From assembly GCA_017397175.1 (NCBI GenBank), contig JAFQKA010000052.1, positions 3,001-67,000 of the forward strand: a DNA stretch of 64,000 nt. Reading direction: 5' to 3'. Both the position numbers and the translations under genes were made by a program. The notes under the pieces are model-generated. The model did not search any database. It was not told the origin of the DNA and was given only the letters and a program-made list of their open reading frames with translations. This document shows positions 8,971 through 18,563 of the stretch, piece by piece; position 1 is the stretch's first letter, and each line of letters starts with the position of its first letter. Source of the DNA: Clostridia bacterium (lineage in GTDB: Bacteria; Bacillota; Clostridia; Oscillospirales; CAG-272).

Positions 8971-11379
8971 TTATGACGGTTTTGCACCGTTTTTCCAGAA
9001 ATTCTTGATAATTTCTGCAAGTTCGGACGGAGAACTTGCAAAATTCATCTCCGACCAATGCTCGGGGAAAAGATCTCGGTACTTTGGTTCCGTGTATCTG
9101 TCGTCGATGAGCACCACGATCCCTCGGTCGTCCTCTCGCCGTATCACCCGTCCCGCGGCCTGGAGCACACGGTTCATTCCGGGGTAGGTGTAAGCGTAAT
9201 CATAACCGGATTCGTATTCCACCTCGTAAAAATCGCGGATTATGTTGCCCTCGTTTGAAAGTCCGGGCAGACCGACACCGACGATGATCGAGCCGATCAA
9301 CCGACTTCCCGGCAGGTCAACACCCTCGGAAAATCCTCCGCCCAGAACGCAAAAGCCTACCCTGAGCTGTCCGTCAGGCTTGAAATGTCCGAGGAATTGC
9401 TCCTTTTCGGTCAAGGTCATAGACCGGGACTGAATTACCGTTTCCACTGCACCGAACTTCTTTTTGAAGGCAGCCGCCACCTGCTCCATATAGCCGTAAG
9501 AGGGAAAATAAACGATGTAATTTCCCTTTTTTGCCACCACCGAGGCGGCAATGCAGGAGGCTACCTTTGAGTAAGAGGTGTCGCGGTCGTCGTATCTTGT
9601 GCTGATCCCGGTCATTGCCGCAAGGCAGAGGTTTGCACGGTCAAAGGGAGAGGGCAGGGAAAGCAGCCGTGAGCCTTTTCCGCCGCCGAGAATATCTCTG
9701 AAATAGTCGGGCGGTGCAAGCGTTGCCGAGAACAGGATCGACGAGACGGCACAATTCAACCTTATTCCGATCACCTGCGAGGGGTCAAGGCAGAACAGTT
9801 TTAAGGTTATGCGACCCCGATCGAGCAGGATATAAGTGCGAAAATGCTCGTCATAGTGATCGGTGATCGACAGGAATTTTCTCAGCTTGCCCCCAAGAAT
9901 GTAGGCTATGTTGTAAGCGGGATTTTCTTCGCTTATCTTCAGCCATTTTTCTATGGCTTCGCTGTAGATCTGCAAGGCCTGCAGGGTGGCGGACGGAAGA
10001 TCGGTTCCGATGTAAAATCCGCTCTCGCGTCCTTCTTCGTCCTTTGTTATGCTGTCGGCGCAAAGCTTTTTCAGCCTGAACACGCACCGCATGACAGCTT
10101 CCGTTTTTTCGGACAACTTTGAGTTGTCGGGAAGTATCCTGTAAAGCTCTTCAAAATCCTCAAAGGAAAGCTCTGCAGAATACATTTCACGGGCGCGGTC
10201 GGGCAGATTGTGTGCCTCGTCTACTAAAAATACGTAATTGAGATCCTTTTTGTCGGAAAAATCGGAGAAGTACCGTTTCAGAAATACCGAAGGATCAAAA
10301 ACGTAATTGTAATCGCAGATGATGATATCACACTGCTCGGACAGGTCGAGGGACAGCTCATAGGGGCAGACGTTGTAGCGTGCCGCCACCTCCTCGATTA
10401 TTTTTCGTGTGTAGCCTCGGTATTCGGTGAGAAGCTCGTTCAAGGCCTCCTTTGAACGGTCGTAATAGCCTCTTGCCATAGGGCAGGATGAGGGGTTGCA
10501 ATGGCTTGATACGCCGATCCCCGACATTTTTGCCATGGGATTTGAGCAGGCTTGCTCTTTTGCGGTGAGAACTATGGCTCTTACGTCAGCTCCCGACTCG
10601 ACCATGGCGCGGACGGCACCGAAGGCCTCACGTCGGGTACTTGTTTTCGCGGTAAGATAAAATATTTTGTCGCAAAGGCCGTCACCTAATGCTTTTGAGG
10701 CAGGGTAAAGAGTGGATATGGTCTTGCCTATGCCCGTGGGCGCCGAGGCAAAGAGACGTGTACCGTCGTGAATAGCCCTGTAACATTCTTCTATCAGCTC
10801 CCGCTGTCCTTTCCGCATCTCGCCGTATGGAAATTTCATTTCCCGAAGGGAGCTTTTTGCGGCGGTGGCACGGTTTATCTCAAGTCGGGCGTACCGTTCG
10901 ACCGACGCAAGATAAGAGAGAAATGATCTTTGAAGCTCGGAGGATGAAAAATTATGCGCGTCTTCCCTGAAGTCTCCGTTCTTGCCCGTGGGGGTAGCTA
11001 AAATTCCCGTGACATTTTCTATGTTATATTCACGGCAAGCCAGGTAGCAAAGACAGATCAGCTTCACCGTGTCGGGATCCGCATTTTGGGGAAGATGGCG
11101 TTTTGACGTGGCCGTCAGATAAACGGTACAGCTACGGCCGTTCTTTTCCGTAAGCTCTGCTGCGCCCGAAATTTCGTAACGAATATCCCCAAAGGCGATC
11201 TGCGCCGTTAGAGGAACCATGTCAGAGAAAAATGGGGATCGAGTAGCTATCTTACTGGTTATCTTTTCAGCCGCGGAGGGTTTTATAAGACCTGTGGGAA
11301 CGCCCAGGCTGCCGTGCAGCGTTGCAAGACGGCACAGTTCATCCACGCACAATAAAATCCGCCCGTTATCATACTGCAT
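8971..11379 (-). CDS. XPD/DinG-type Fe-S ATP-dependent DNA helicase with an uncharacterised N-terminal domain of about 200 aa
   Basis: ATG at 11379 lies behind GGAGG. Walker A is APTGIGKT, the DEAH box is VDEAHNL, and a four-Cys cluster is present (CSNP..HCNPSSC..VCPYE). The C-terminal block is QAAGRVIRREDDRG. Confidence 0.8.
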   Translation of the reverse strand: MQYDNGRILLCVDELCRLATLHGSLGVPTGLIKPSAAEKITSKIATRSPFFSDMVPLTAQIAFGDIRYEISGAAELTEKNGRSCTVYLTATSKRHLPQNADPDTVKLICLCYLACREYNIENVTGILATPTGKNGDFREDAHNFSSSELQRSFLSYLASVERYARLEINRATAAKSSLREMKFPYGEMRKGQRELIEECYRAIHDGTRLFASAPTGIGKTISTLYPASKALGDGLCDKIFYLTAKTSTRREAFGAVRAMVESGADVRAIVLTAKEQACSNPMAKMSGIGVSSHCNPSSCPMARGYYDRSKEALNELLTEYRGYTRKIIEEVAARYNVCPYELSLDLSEQCDIIICDYNYVFDPSVFLKRYFSDFSDKKDLNYVFLVDEAHNLPDRAREMYSAELSFEDFEELYRILPDNSKLSEKTEAVMRCVFRLKKLCADSITKDEEGRESGFYIGTDLPSATLQALQIYSEAIEKWLKISEENPAYNIAYILGGKLRKFLSITDHYDEHFRTYILLDRGRITLKLFCLDPSQVIGIRLNCAVSSILFSATLAPPDYFRDILGGGKGSRLLSLPSPFDRANLCLAAMTGISTRYDDRDTSYSKVASCIAASVVAKKGNYIVYFPSYGYMEQVAAAFKKKFGAVETVIQSRSMTLTEKEQFLGHFKPDGQLRVGFCVLGGGFSEGVDLPGSRLIGSIIVGVGLPGLSNEGNIIRDFYEVEYESGYDYAYTYPGMNRVLQAAGRVIRREDDRGIVVLIDDRYTEPKYRDLFPEHWSEMNFASSPSELAEIIKNFWKNGAKPS

Positions 11380-11524
11380 GGCATCACCTCCCCAAAGTTT
11401 GAAGTATGCGTTCAAACACATACCCATTTTATTCTATCACAAAACAAACCAAATTTCAACCATATTATTAAAATACAAAAGAAAAATAAAGCAACGGACG
11501 TCTGTGAAGGTTTTGTGACTTCAC

Positions 11525-11553
11525 TTGACAACAGGGTCGCGGGGTGGTAAAAT
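11525..11553 (+). promoter_or_regulatory. Promoter of the lipoprotein gene
   Basis: TTGACA-17 nt-TAAAAT with an upstream TGn. Confidence 0.6.
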
Positions 11554-11584
11554 ATCGGTGAATAGAAATCTTAACGGAGAGAAT

Positions 11585-13450
11585 ATGAAAAATATAAAGA
11601 TTTTTGCTTTGATAGGAGCGATCCTGGCGGCATCATTGCTCTTTGGGTGCGGCATCAAGGACGATGGGTATAGCTTTGGCGACGGCAATAATACGGTGAT
11701 CGGCGATGGGGAAGTGCAGATACAGACCGAGGCACTTCACGGTATCGAGGATTACTACATTATACGTCCCGACCTGGCGTCGGACACCGAAAAGGAAGCT
11801 ATGCTGCGCCTGAAAAACGCCGTCAAGAGCGGACTTGATATAGACCTTACTTCCTCCACCGACTGGATCGGCGGAGATCAAGTGGAGCATGATAAGGAAA
11901 TCGTCATTGGCGATACCGAGCGAGCTGCAAGCGTGCAGGCTAAAAAAGGACTTGCTTTCGGTGATTTCGTGATCAAAAAGGTGGGCGAGAAGATAATCAT
12001 CGTGGGCGGCAGCGACAATGCCACTCTCAAAGCGGTCGATTTCTTTGTGTCGCATTTTATCAACGTTTACGGCGGCTGTCTTGATATTCCCACAGGTGAC
12101 GGCTACCTGTATACCCACGATTATATGTTCGAATCCCTTACGATCGACGGCACCGATATAGGCGAATTTCAGCTTTTCTCGGCATCCGGGATCGACATTT
12201 CGGGAGTATCCGAATATATTGCCGAGAACGTTTACGGCGTTCTTCTGCCCGTGGCAGAGGAGATGAGTACCAATAAAAAATACATTATTTTCGATGATTC
12301 CGGTCTTATAGCCAACGGATTTTCGGTGGAGCTGAGATATGACGGCAACCTTTACGTTATAGGAAGTGCTGATACGGCACAGTATGCCGTGGAATATTTC
12401 AAGCACGATTTTTTTGAAGCCCTGTCAAAGAAATCCTCAAAGGCGAATATCGCCATACAGGATAACTATATGGGAAATACGGGAACAAATCCCGTGTATA
12501 TGACAAAGGACGAGATACTTGCCCGACTTGATGAATTTGCCTCGGACTCCGGGAAATTCATGGCAGGTCAGCAGGGAGGCACGCAGGCAAGCCCCGACTA
12601 TGTGATCGAGGATTTTACATCGGCCGTGGGCCGCGGTCCTGCCGTGCTCAGCCTTGATCTGTTCAGCTACGGTCTTTATATAGATGAGATGACACCGAGT
12701 GAGCTGAGCGAGACGGTCTGTCAGATCGCAAAATTTGCTCAGGGCGGCGGTATCGTTGCCGTAAGCGCGTATTTTGAGAATCCCACGGGTGGTTGGGAGC
12801 TGGGCGACAAGGTTACGGGAAATCTGAAAACAAAGGAAAATTGGCAGTCTCTTGTGACCGAGGGTACGGAGCTGAACAAAAAATATCTCCGCCAGCTTGA
12901 TTGCGCGGCGAAATTTCTCGGTGCGTTGAGCGACAACGGCATTACCGTGATATTCAAGCCCTTTGAGGCGCATAATCAGAAAAAATATTGGTACAGCTCT
13001 GCCGGTAAGGGAGCGGACAACGACAATTTCAAGGCACTTTGGATATATACATACGATTATCTTTTGTCCAAGGGCTGTGACCGTCTTATCTGGCAGTATT
13101 CGCCATATGTGACCGAGGGGGCCGTCGAGCTTTTCGATGCGTATCCCGGCGACGAATACGTTGATCTGCTCGGCGGCGTGTGGACGGACGTGGGCGTAAA
13201 ATCCGTGTCCGAGGAGCTTGTTTTCGGTCTGGCGCGTCACGGCAAGGGCGCGGGAGTTATGACATTGACCCTCAGTTCAAGAAAGGTCAGCACCAATAAG
13301 GATAAGCAGTTGAAGCTCTTTAACTGCCAAAACCTGTCCGATACCGTGGTCGCGGCTAAGGGGAAGGGAATAAAGATCCCCGCCGTCATCATGTTCGGAA
13401 ACTCCAGCGTTCCCTCCTGGCTTGGGGAAGGAAGCGTCCTTTCTGACTAA
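11585..13450 (+). CDS. Secreted lipoprotein, putative glycoside hydrolase (GH26-like C-terminal domain)
   Basis: Lipobox LLFGC at MKNIKIFALIGAILAASLLFGCG. Two IVIGDTERA/IIVGGSDNATLKAV-type N-terminal modules are present. The C-terminal block FKPFEAHNQKKYWY..WQYSPY resembles GH26 motifs only loosely. Confidence 0.6.
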   Translation: MKNIKIFALIGAILAASLLFGCGIKDDGYSFGDGNNTVIGDGEVQIQTEALHGIEDYYIIRPDLASDTEKEAMLRLKNAVKSGLDIDLTSSTDWIGGDQVEHDKEIVIGDTERAASVQAKKGLAFGDFVIKKVGEKIIIVGGSDNATLKAVDFFVSHFINVYGGCLDIPTGDGYLYTHDYMFESLTIDGTDIGEFQLFSASGIDISGVSEYIAENVYGVLLPVAEEMSTNKKYIIFDDSGLIANGFSVELRYDGNLYVIGSADTAQYAVEYFKHDFFEALSKKSSKANIAIQDNYMGNTGTNPVYMTKDEILARLDEFASDSGKFMAGQQGGTQASPDYVIEDFTSAVGRGPAVLSLDLFSYGLYIDEMTPSELSETVCQIAKFAQGGGIVAVSAYFENPTGGWELGDKVTGNLKTKENWQSLVTEGTELNKKYLRQLDCAAKFLGALSDNGITVIFKPFEAHNQKKYWYSSAGKGADNDNFKALWIYTYDYLLSKGCDRLIWQYSPYVTEGAVELFDAYPGDEYVDLLGGVWTDVGVKSVSEELVFGLARHGKGAGVMTLTLSSRKVSTNKDKQLKLFNCQNLSDTVVAAKGKGIKIPAVIMFGNSSVPSWLGEGSVLSD

Positions 13451-13477
13451 AATTAAAAGAATTTGTGAGAAAAAAAT

Positions 13478-13509
13478 AAAAATCCGCTCTAAAAGAGCGG
13501 ATTTTTTTA
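13478..13509 (+). terminator. Intrinsic terminator
   Basis: TCCGCTC-TAAAA-GAGCGGA followed by T7. Confidence 0.8.
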
Positions 13510-13520
13510 CAATATTTCTA

Positions 13521-13549
13521 TTGCAAAAAGAGGCGACGTGTGCTAAAAT
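13521..13549 (+). promoter_or_regulatory. adhE promoter
   Basis: TTGCAA-17 nt-TAAAAT. The -10 overlaps the 12-bp palindrome ATACATATGTAT (13548-13559). Confidence 0.55.
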
Positions 13550-13635
13550 ACATATGTATGATAAAAATTTAACAGACACCGGCGTAAATTGCCCGGATCA
13601 CCAAAGCATACGGATCGAATGAGGAGGGTACACAA

Positions 13636-16284
13636 ATGCAACCGAAAGAATATCTGATCGTAGACAGCGTCGAAAAGCTCGAAAATGCTATCGCGCGAAC
13701 AAGAGAGGCTCAGAAGAAGTTTGCAACATACACCCAGGAACAGGTGGACAAGATCTTTCTTGCAGCCGCATCCGCCGCAAACAAAGCAAGGATTCCCTTG
13801 GCAAAAATGGCGGTAGAGGAGACGGGAATGGGAATCGTTGAGGACAAGGTCATCAAGAACAACTACGCTTCCGAATATATTTATAATGCTTACAAGGACG
13901 CAAAGACCTGTGGCGTGATCGAAGAGGACAAGGCTTACGGTATCAAGAAGATCGCCGAGCCTATCGGCGTGATCGCGGCGGTAATTCCCACAACTAACCC
14001 CACGTCCACTGCTATTTTCAAGTGCCTGCTGGCGCTCAAGACCCGCAACGCAATAATTATCAGCCCTCACCCCAGAGCAAAGAACAGCACTATCGCTGCG
14101 GCGAAGCTGGTTTACGAGGCGGCGGTAGCCGCAGGTGCTCCCGAGGGAATTATCGACTGGATCGACGTTCCATCTCTTGATATGACGAACACGGTAATGA
14201 AGGAATCGGATATAATCCTTGCCACGGGCGGCCCCGGAATGGTAAAAGCTGCGTATTCCTCGGGCAAGCCCGCTGTGGGCGTTGGCGCAGGTAATACTCC
14301 TGCCATCATCGACGATTCTGCCGATATTCTTCTTGCTGTCAATTCTATAATCCACTCCAAGACCTTTGATAACGGCATGATCTGCGCTTCCGAGCAGTCG
14401 GTAATCGTAATGGAAAGCATTTACGATGCCGTAAAGAACGAGTTTGCCTCAAGAGGCTGTTATTTCCTCGACCCCGAGGAGACCGAAAAAGTCCGCCACA
14501 CGATCATAATAAATGGCGCATTGAATGCGAAGATCGTCGGCCAGGCAGCCGCCAAAATAGCCGCGCTTGCGGGTGTCAGTGTTCCTGCGGGAACAAAGAT
14601 CCTTATCGGAGAAGTAGAGAGCGCAGAGCTTTCCGAGGAATTTGCTCACGAGAAGCTCAGCCCCGTTCTCGCAATGTATAAGGCGAAGACTTTTGATCAG
14701 GCACTTGAAAAGGCAGAGCGTCTGATCGAGGACGGAGGCCTGGGCCACACTTCAAGTATATATCTTGACGAGGTTACACAGCAAGAGAAGCTGAATGTTT
14801 TCGCTGCCCGTATGAAGACCTGCCGCATTCTCGTAAACACCCCTTCCTCTCACGGAGGAATCGGTGATCTCTATAACTTCAAGCTGGCTCCGTCGCTTAC
14901 TCTCGGCTGTGGCTCCTGGGGGGGAAACAGCGTATCCGAAAACGTAGGTATAAAGCACCTGCTCAACATTAAGACCGTGGCAGAAAGAAGGGAAAATATG
15001 CTTTGGTTCCGCGCACCTGAAAAGGTTTATATAAAGAAAGGATGTCTCCCCGTTGCTCTTGACGAGTTGAGAAGCGTCAGAGGCGCAAAGAAGGCGTTTA
15101 TCGTTACCGATACCTTCCTCTATCAGAACGGCTACACCAAGCCCATCACCGATAAGCTGGATGAAATGGGTATTACTCACACCACTTTCTTTGATGTTCA
15201 GCCCGATCCCACTCTGAAAAATGCTCAGGACGGCGCAAAGCTGATGGCCGCGTTTGAGCCTGACACGATCATTGCCCTTGGCGGTGGCTCGGCTATGGAC
15301 GCCGCTAAGATAATGTGGGTTCTTTACGAGCACCCTGAAGCGGACTTTATGGATATGGCAATGCGCTTTATTGACATTCGCAAGAGAGTTTACACCTTCC
15401 CCAAGATGGGCGAAAAAGCGTACTTTATCGCAGTTCCCACCTCTGCCGGAACGGGAAGCGAGGTCACCCCCTTTGCTGTTATCACAGACGGCGAGACGGG
15501 CGTAAAATATCCCCTTGCTGACTATGAGCTGCTTCCCGATATGGCTATCATCGACACAGATTTCCATATGAGTGCGCCCAAGGGTCTGACGGCGGCCTCG
15601 GGAATTGATGCCGTAACTCACGCCGTCGAGGCTTACGCCGCAATGCTTGCTACCGATTATACCGACGGCCTTGCGCTTCAGGCTCTCAAGAATATATTCA
15701 AGTACCTGCCCCGCGCCTACGAGAACGGTCAGACAGACGTTGAAGCTCGTGAAAAGATGGCGAATGCTGCAACTATGGCAGGTATGGCGTTTGCCAACGC
15801 GTTCCTTGGCGTTTGCCACTCTATGGCGCACAAGCTGGGCGCATTCCACCACCTGCCTCACGGCGTTGCAAACGCCCTTATGATAGAGGAGGTCATTCGC
15901 TTCAACGCAAGCGAGGCACCTGCGAAGATGGGTACCTTCTCGCAGTATGACCATCCTCACACCCTTGCAAGATATGCACAGATCGCAGATTATCTCGGAC
16001 TTGGAGGCAAAACTGACGAAAAGAAGCTGGAAAACCTTATCAAGGCTATAAATGAGCTGAAGGCAAAGGTTGGCATCAAGGAAACTATCCGCGATTACGG
16101 CATTGATGAAAAGGACTTCCTTGACCGTCTTGACGACATGGTCGAGCAGGCGTTTGACGACCAGTGCACGGGCGCTAACCCCCGCTATCCTCTTATGAGC
16201 GAGATAAAGCAGATGTACCTCAACGCTTACTACGGTAAGCACTTCGTTGAGACAGCGAAGCCCACAGCCCCCAAAAAAGCGTGA
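13636..16284 (+). CDS. adhE: Bifunctional acetaldehyde-CoA/alcohol dehydrogenase
   Basis: 882 aa with an N-terminal ALDH domain and a C-terminal Fe-ADH domain (GGGSAMDAAK, HSMAHKLG). Confidence 0.97.
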   Translation: MQPKEYLIVDSVEKLENAIARTREAQKKFATYTQEQVDKIFLAAASAANKARIPLAKMAVEETGMGIVEDKVIKNNYASEYIYNAYKDAKTCGVIEEDKAYGIKKIAEPIGVIAAVIPTTNPTSTAIFKCLLALKTRNAIIISPHPRAKNSTIAAAKLVYEAAVAAGAPEGIIDWIDVPSLDMTNTVMKESDIILATGGPGMVKAAYSSGKPAVGVGAGNTPAIIDDSADILLAVNSIIHSKTFDNGMICASEQSVIVMESIYDAVKNEFASRGCYFLDPEETEKVRHTIIINGALNAKIVGQAAAKIAALAGVSVPAGTKILIGEVESAELSEEFAHEKLSPVLAMYKAKTFDQALEKAERLIEDGGLGHTSSIYLDEVTQQEKLNVFAARMKTCRILVNTPSSHGGIGDLYNFKLAPSLTLGCGSWGGNSVSENVGIKHLLNIKTVAERRENMLWFRAPEKVYIKKGCLPVALDELRSVRGAKKAFIVTDTFLYQNGYTKPITDKLDEMGITHTTFFDVQPDPTLKNAQDGAKLMAAFEPDTIIALGGGSAMDAAKIMWVLYEHPEADFMDMAMRFIDIRKRVYTFPKMGEKAYFIAVPTSAGTGSEVTPFAVITDGETGVKYPLADYELLPDMAIIDTDFHMSAPKGLTAASGIDAVTHAVEAYAAMLATDYTDGLALQALKNIFKYLPRAYENGQTDVEAREKMANAATMAGMAFANAFLGVCHSMAHKLGAFHHLPHGVANALMIEEVIRFNASEAPAKMGTFSQYDHPHTLARYAQIADYLGLGGKTDEKKLENLIKAINELKAKVGIKETIRDYGIDEKDFLDRLDDMVEQAFDDQCTGANPRYPLMSEIKQMYLNAYYGKHFVETAKPTAPKKA

Positions 16285-16302
16285 TTTACGGAGGACAAAC
16301 AG

Positions 16303-17052
16303 ATGAAACTTGATAATGTTATTGCAACAAGAAAGCATAAGACAGTCTACCGCGACGGTGACCGATGCATAAAGGTATTTGATGCGGATTATTCAAAGGC
16401 GGACGTGTTAAACGAGGCGCTGAACCAGGCACGTATCGAGAGCACGGGACTGAACATTCCGAAAATTCTCGAGGTAACCATGGTAGATGGCAAATGGGCT
16501 ATCGTCTCAGAGTTCATCGAGGGTAAAACTCTCGCTCAGATGATCGAGGAGAGCCCTGAGAGAAAGGACGAATATCTTTCTCTTCTGGTTGACGTTCAGC
16601 TTTCGGTGCACAGCAAGACCTGCGCGCACCTGAACAAGCTCAAGGATAAGATGAACGGCAAGATCAGCCAGTCCTCCCTTGACGCTACTACCCGTTACGA
16701 GCTTCATACCCGCCTTGAGGGTATGCCCAAGCACAAAAAGGTCTGCCACGGCGATTTCAATCCCTCAAACGTCATCATCACCGAGGACGGCACACCATAT
16801 ATTATCGACTGGTCCCATGCCACTCAGGGCAATGCCTCTGCCGACGCGGCGCGTACCTATCTTTTGTTCTGGCTCAGCGGCGACAGCGAGAGTGCCAAGA
16901 GATACCTTGAACTGTTCTGCAAAAAGAGCAACACTGCAAAGCAGTACGTTCAGAAGTGGATGCCGATCGTTGCCGCATCCCAGTCTGTGAAAGGGAACGA
17001 GCACGAGCGAGAACTTCTGCTTTCCTGGGTCGACGTTGTTGATTACGAATAA
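16303..17052 (+). CDS. Phosphotransferase (APH/choline-kinase-like) family protein
   Basis: Motifs CHGDFNPSNVII and IIDWSHATQGN. The gene starts 18 nt after adhE and has an RBS GGAGG. Confidence 0.7.
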   Translation: MKLDNVIATRKHKTVYRDGDRCIKVFDADYSKADVLNEALNQARIESTGLNIPKILEVTMVDGKWAIVSEFIEGKTLAQMIEESPERKDEYLSLLVDVQLSVHSKTCAHLNKLKDKMNGKISQSSLDATTRYELHTRLEGMPKHKKVCHGDFNPSNVIITEDGTPYIIDWSHATQGNASADAARTYLLFWLSGDSESAKRYLELFCKKSNTAKQYVQKWMPIVAASQSVKGNEHERELLLSWVDVVDYE

Positions 17053-17053
17053 T

Positions 17054-17087
17054 AAAAAATCCGTCTGTACGACAGACGGATTTTTTA
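17054..17087 (+). terminator. Intrinsic terminator
   Basis: TCCGTCTG/CAGACGGA stem flanked by an A-run and T6. Confidence 0.85.
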
Positions 17088-17140
17088 TTGTTGATGAGAG
17101 ATTCAGAAAAATTTGCGCGCTTATTTTTTGCCGAAAAATG

Positions 17141-17169
17141 TTGACAAGAGGCAGATCCCATTGTATAAT
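17141..17169 (+). promoter_or_regulatory. Consensus promoter driving the structured element
   Basis: TTGACA (17141-17146)-17 nt-TATAAT (17164-17169). Confidence 0.65.
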
Positions 17170-17175
17170 AAGTAT

Positions 17176-17380
17176 GCCAAACTAATCGAATATTTGCAAA
17201 AGTGGTATAACTTTCTTTTTTGGGAGAGGTATATCTTTTTCACTATACCAACAAAATAGAATTTGGAAAGACGCAAATTCCTACTTTGTTGGTATGGGTT
17301 ATACCGATTTTGCAAGGATTAGTTTGGCGACTATCGGAGTTTGCGTTTTTGTGCGCTCACTTCGGTGGGCGCATTTTTTA
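17176..17380 (+). ncRNA. Candidate structured RNA (orphan leader or sRNA) ending in an intrinsic terminator
   Basis: Five nested perfect helices between 17176 and 17328, then an 8-bp GC stem with a UUCG loop (17353-17372) and U6. It lies directly upstream of the lipoprotein RBS. I recognise no known class. Confidence 0.35.
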
Positions 17381-17410
17381 TTTTATATTCATTTTTAGGA
17401 GGAAAAGAAA

Positions 17411-18403
17411 ATGAAAAAAATGGTGTGCGTACTGTTACTTTTATCGATGTGTGCGTGTTTGTTTGCGTGTGGTGGCGACACAACAGATAAAGCTGAGCAG
17501 TTTGAATGGACCGATATTGAAATGCACGAGGTTCTCCCAAAGCCTGAAAGCACATATGGCAAGGTTAGTCACAATTCCAAAACGGCGCTGACCTTTACTA
17601 TATGTGATATTGACGAAAAAGCTTTTAAAAAATACAGGGATGAGTGCATTGATAAGGGATATACCATTGATGCGGAAGAATCCGGTATGTCGTATTCTGC
17701 TTTTAATGAAGATGGATATTCCGTTCGCCTTTCTTTCTTTGATTACAATCAAGAAATGAGTATTTATTTGGATGCACCTGAGGAAATGGATGAATTTGAA
17801 TGGCCAACGCATGGTTTAGCTGTTATGTTGCCAACAACAAAATCCACTTTGGGGGATATTTCTTGGGATAATAGCGAAACATTCATTGTTCATGTTGGTA
17901 ATATGTCTATTGATGATTACAAGGATTATGTAAAGGCTTGTGAAGATAAAGGATTTACAATTGATTACAGTAAAGATGATGAATATTACTCTGCTAAGGA
18001 CGCAAAAGGTTATAAATTGACATTAAGGTATCTCGGATTTAACAAAATTGAAATTGCTATAAAAGCCCCGGAGGGAAGCACGACAACCCCCGATACAACG
18101 GAGAAAATTCCTGATACTACCGAAAAAATTCCCGATAATGACGATATAGATCCCGATTTCAAGGAAGCAATGGACAGCTACGAAAAATTCATGAATGAAT
18201 ATGTTGCCTTTATGAAGAAGTTTCAGAACAACCCGAGCGACCTCGGGCTTCTAGCCGACTATGCAAAATATATGAGCGACTATGCCGATGTAGTCAAGGC
18301 TTTTGAAAAGTGGGAAGACGAGGATTTGAACAACACTGAACTTGCATACTATATTGATGTTCAGTCAAGAGTAAGCAAAAAGTTGCTTGAGGTTGCAAAC
18401 TGA
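17411..18403 (+). CDS. Lipoprotein with two tandem homologous domains
   Basis: Lipobox LFACG. Domains ...KAFKKYRDECIDKGYTIDAEE... and ...DDYKDYVKACEDKGFTIDYSK... are homologous. A PDTTEKI x2 linker is encoded by 21-nt repeats. Confidence 0.7.
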   Translation: MKKMVCVLLLLSMCACLFACGGDTTDKAEQFEWTDIEMHEVLPKPESTYGKVSHNSKTALTFTICDIDEKAFKKYRDECIDKGYTIDAEESGMSYSAFNEDGYSVRLSFFDYNQEMSIYLDAPEEMDEFEWPTHGLAVMLPTTKSTLGDISWDNSETFIVHVGNMSIDDYKDYVKACEDKGFTIDYSKDDEYYSAKDAKGYKLTLRYLGFNKIEIAIKAPEGSTTTPDTTEKIPDTTEKIPDNDDIDPDFKEAMDSYEKFMNEYVAFMKKFQNNPSDLGLLADYAKYMSDYADVVKAFEKWEDEDLNNTELAYYIDVQSRVSKKLLEVAN

Positions 18404-18530
18404 TTAACAACAGGATTCTGAACCTACATTTGCGCCAAAGTTCGGCGGAAATCGGTTGCATATCACGGCGCAAATTGATCAAATGCTTCGCATTTGAGAG
18501 GTTCGAATCCGTGATGTTCAAAGAATAAAG

Positions 18531-18560
18531 AAAAAGGGAGAACAAGTCTCCCTTTTTCTT
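18531..18560. terminator. Bidirectional terminator
   Basis: A5-GGGAGA-ACAAG-TCTCCC-T5, between the lipoprotein gene (+) and tRNA-Pro (-). Confidence 0.75.
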
Positions 18561-18563
18561 TAT

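Noticed and set aside
17176-17330. 6S RNA assignment for the nested-helix element.
   Set aside because: The end-to-end pairing and length are suggestive. However, the large unpaired segment is on one strand only rather than forming a two-sided central bubble, and I cannot match conserved 6S features from memory.
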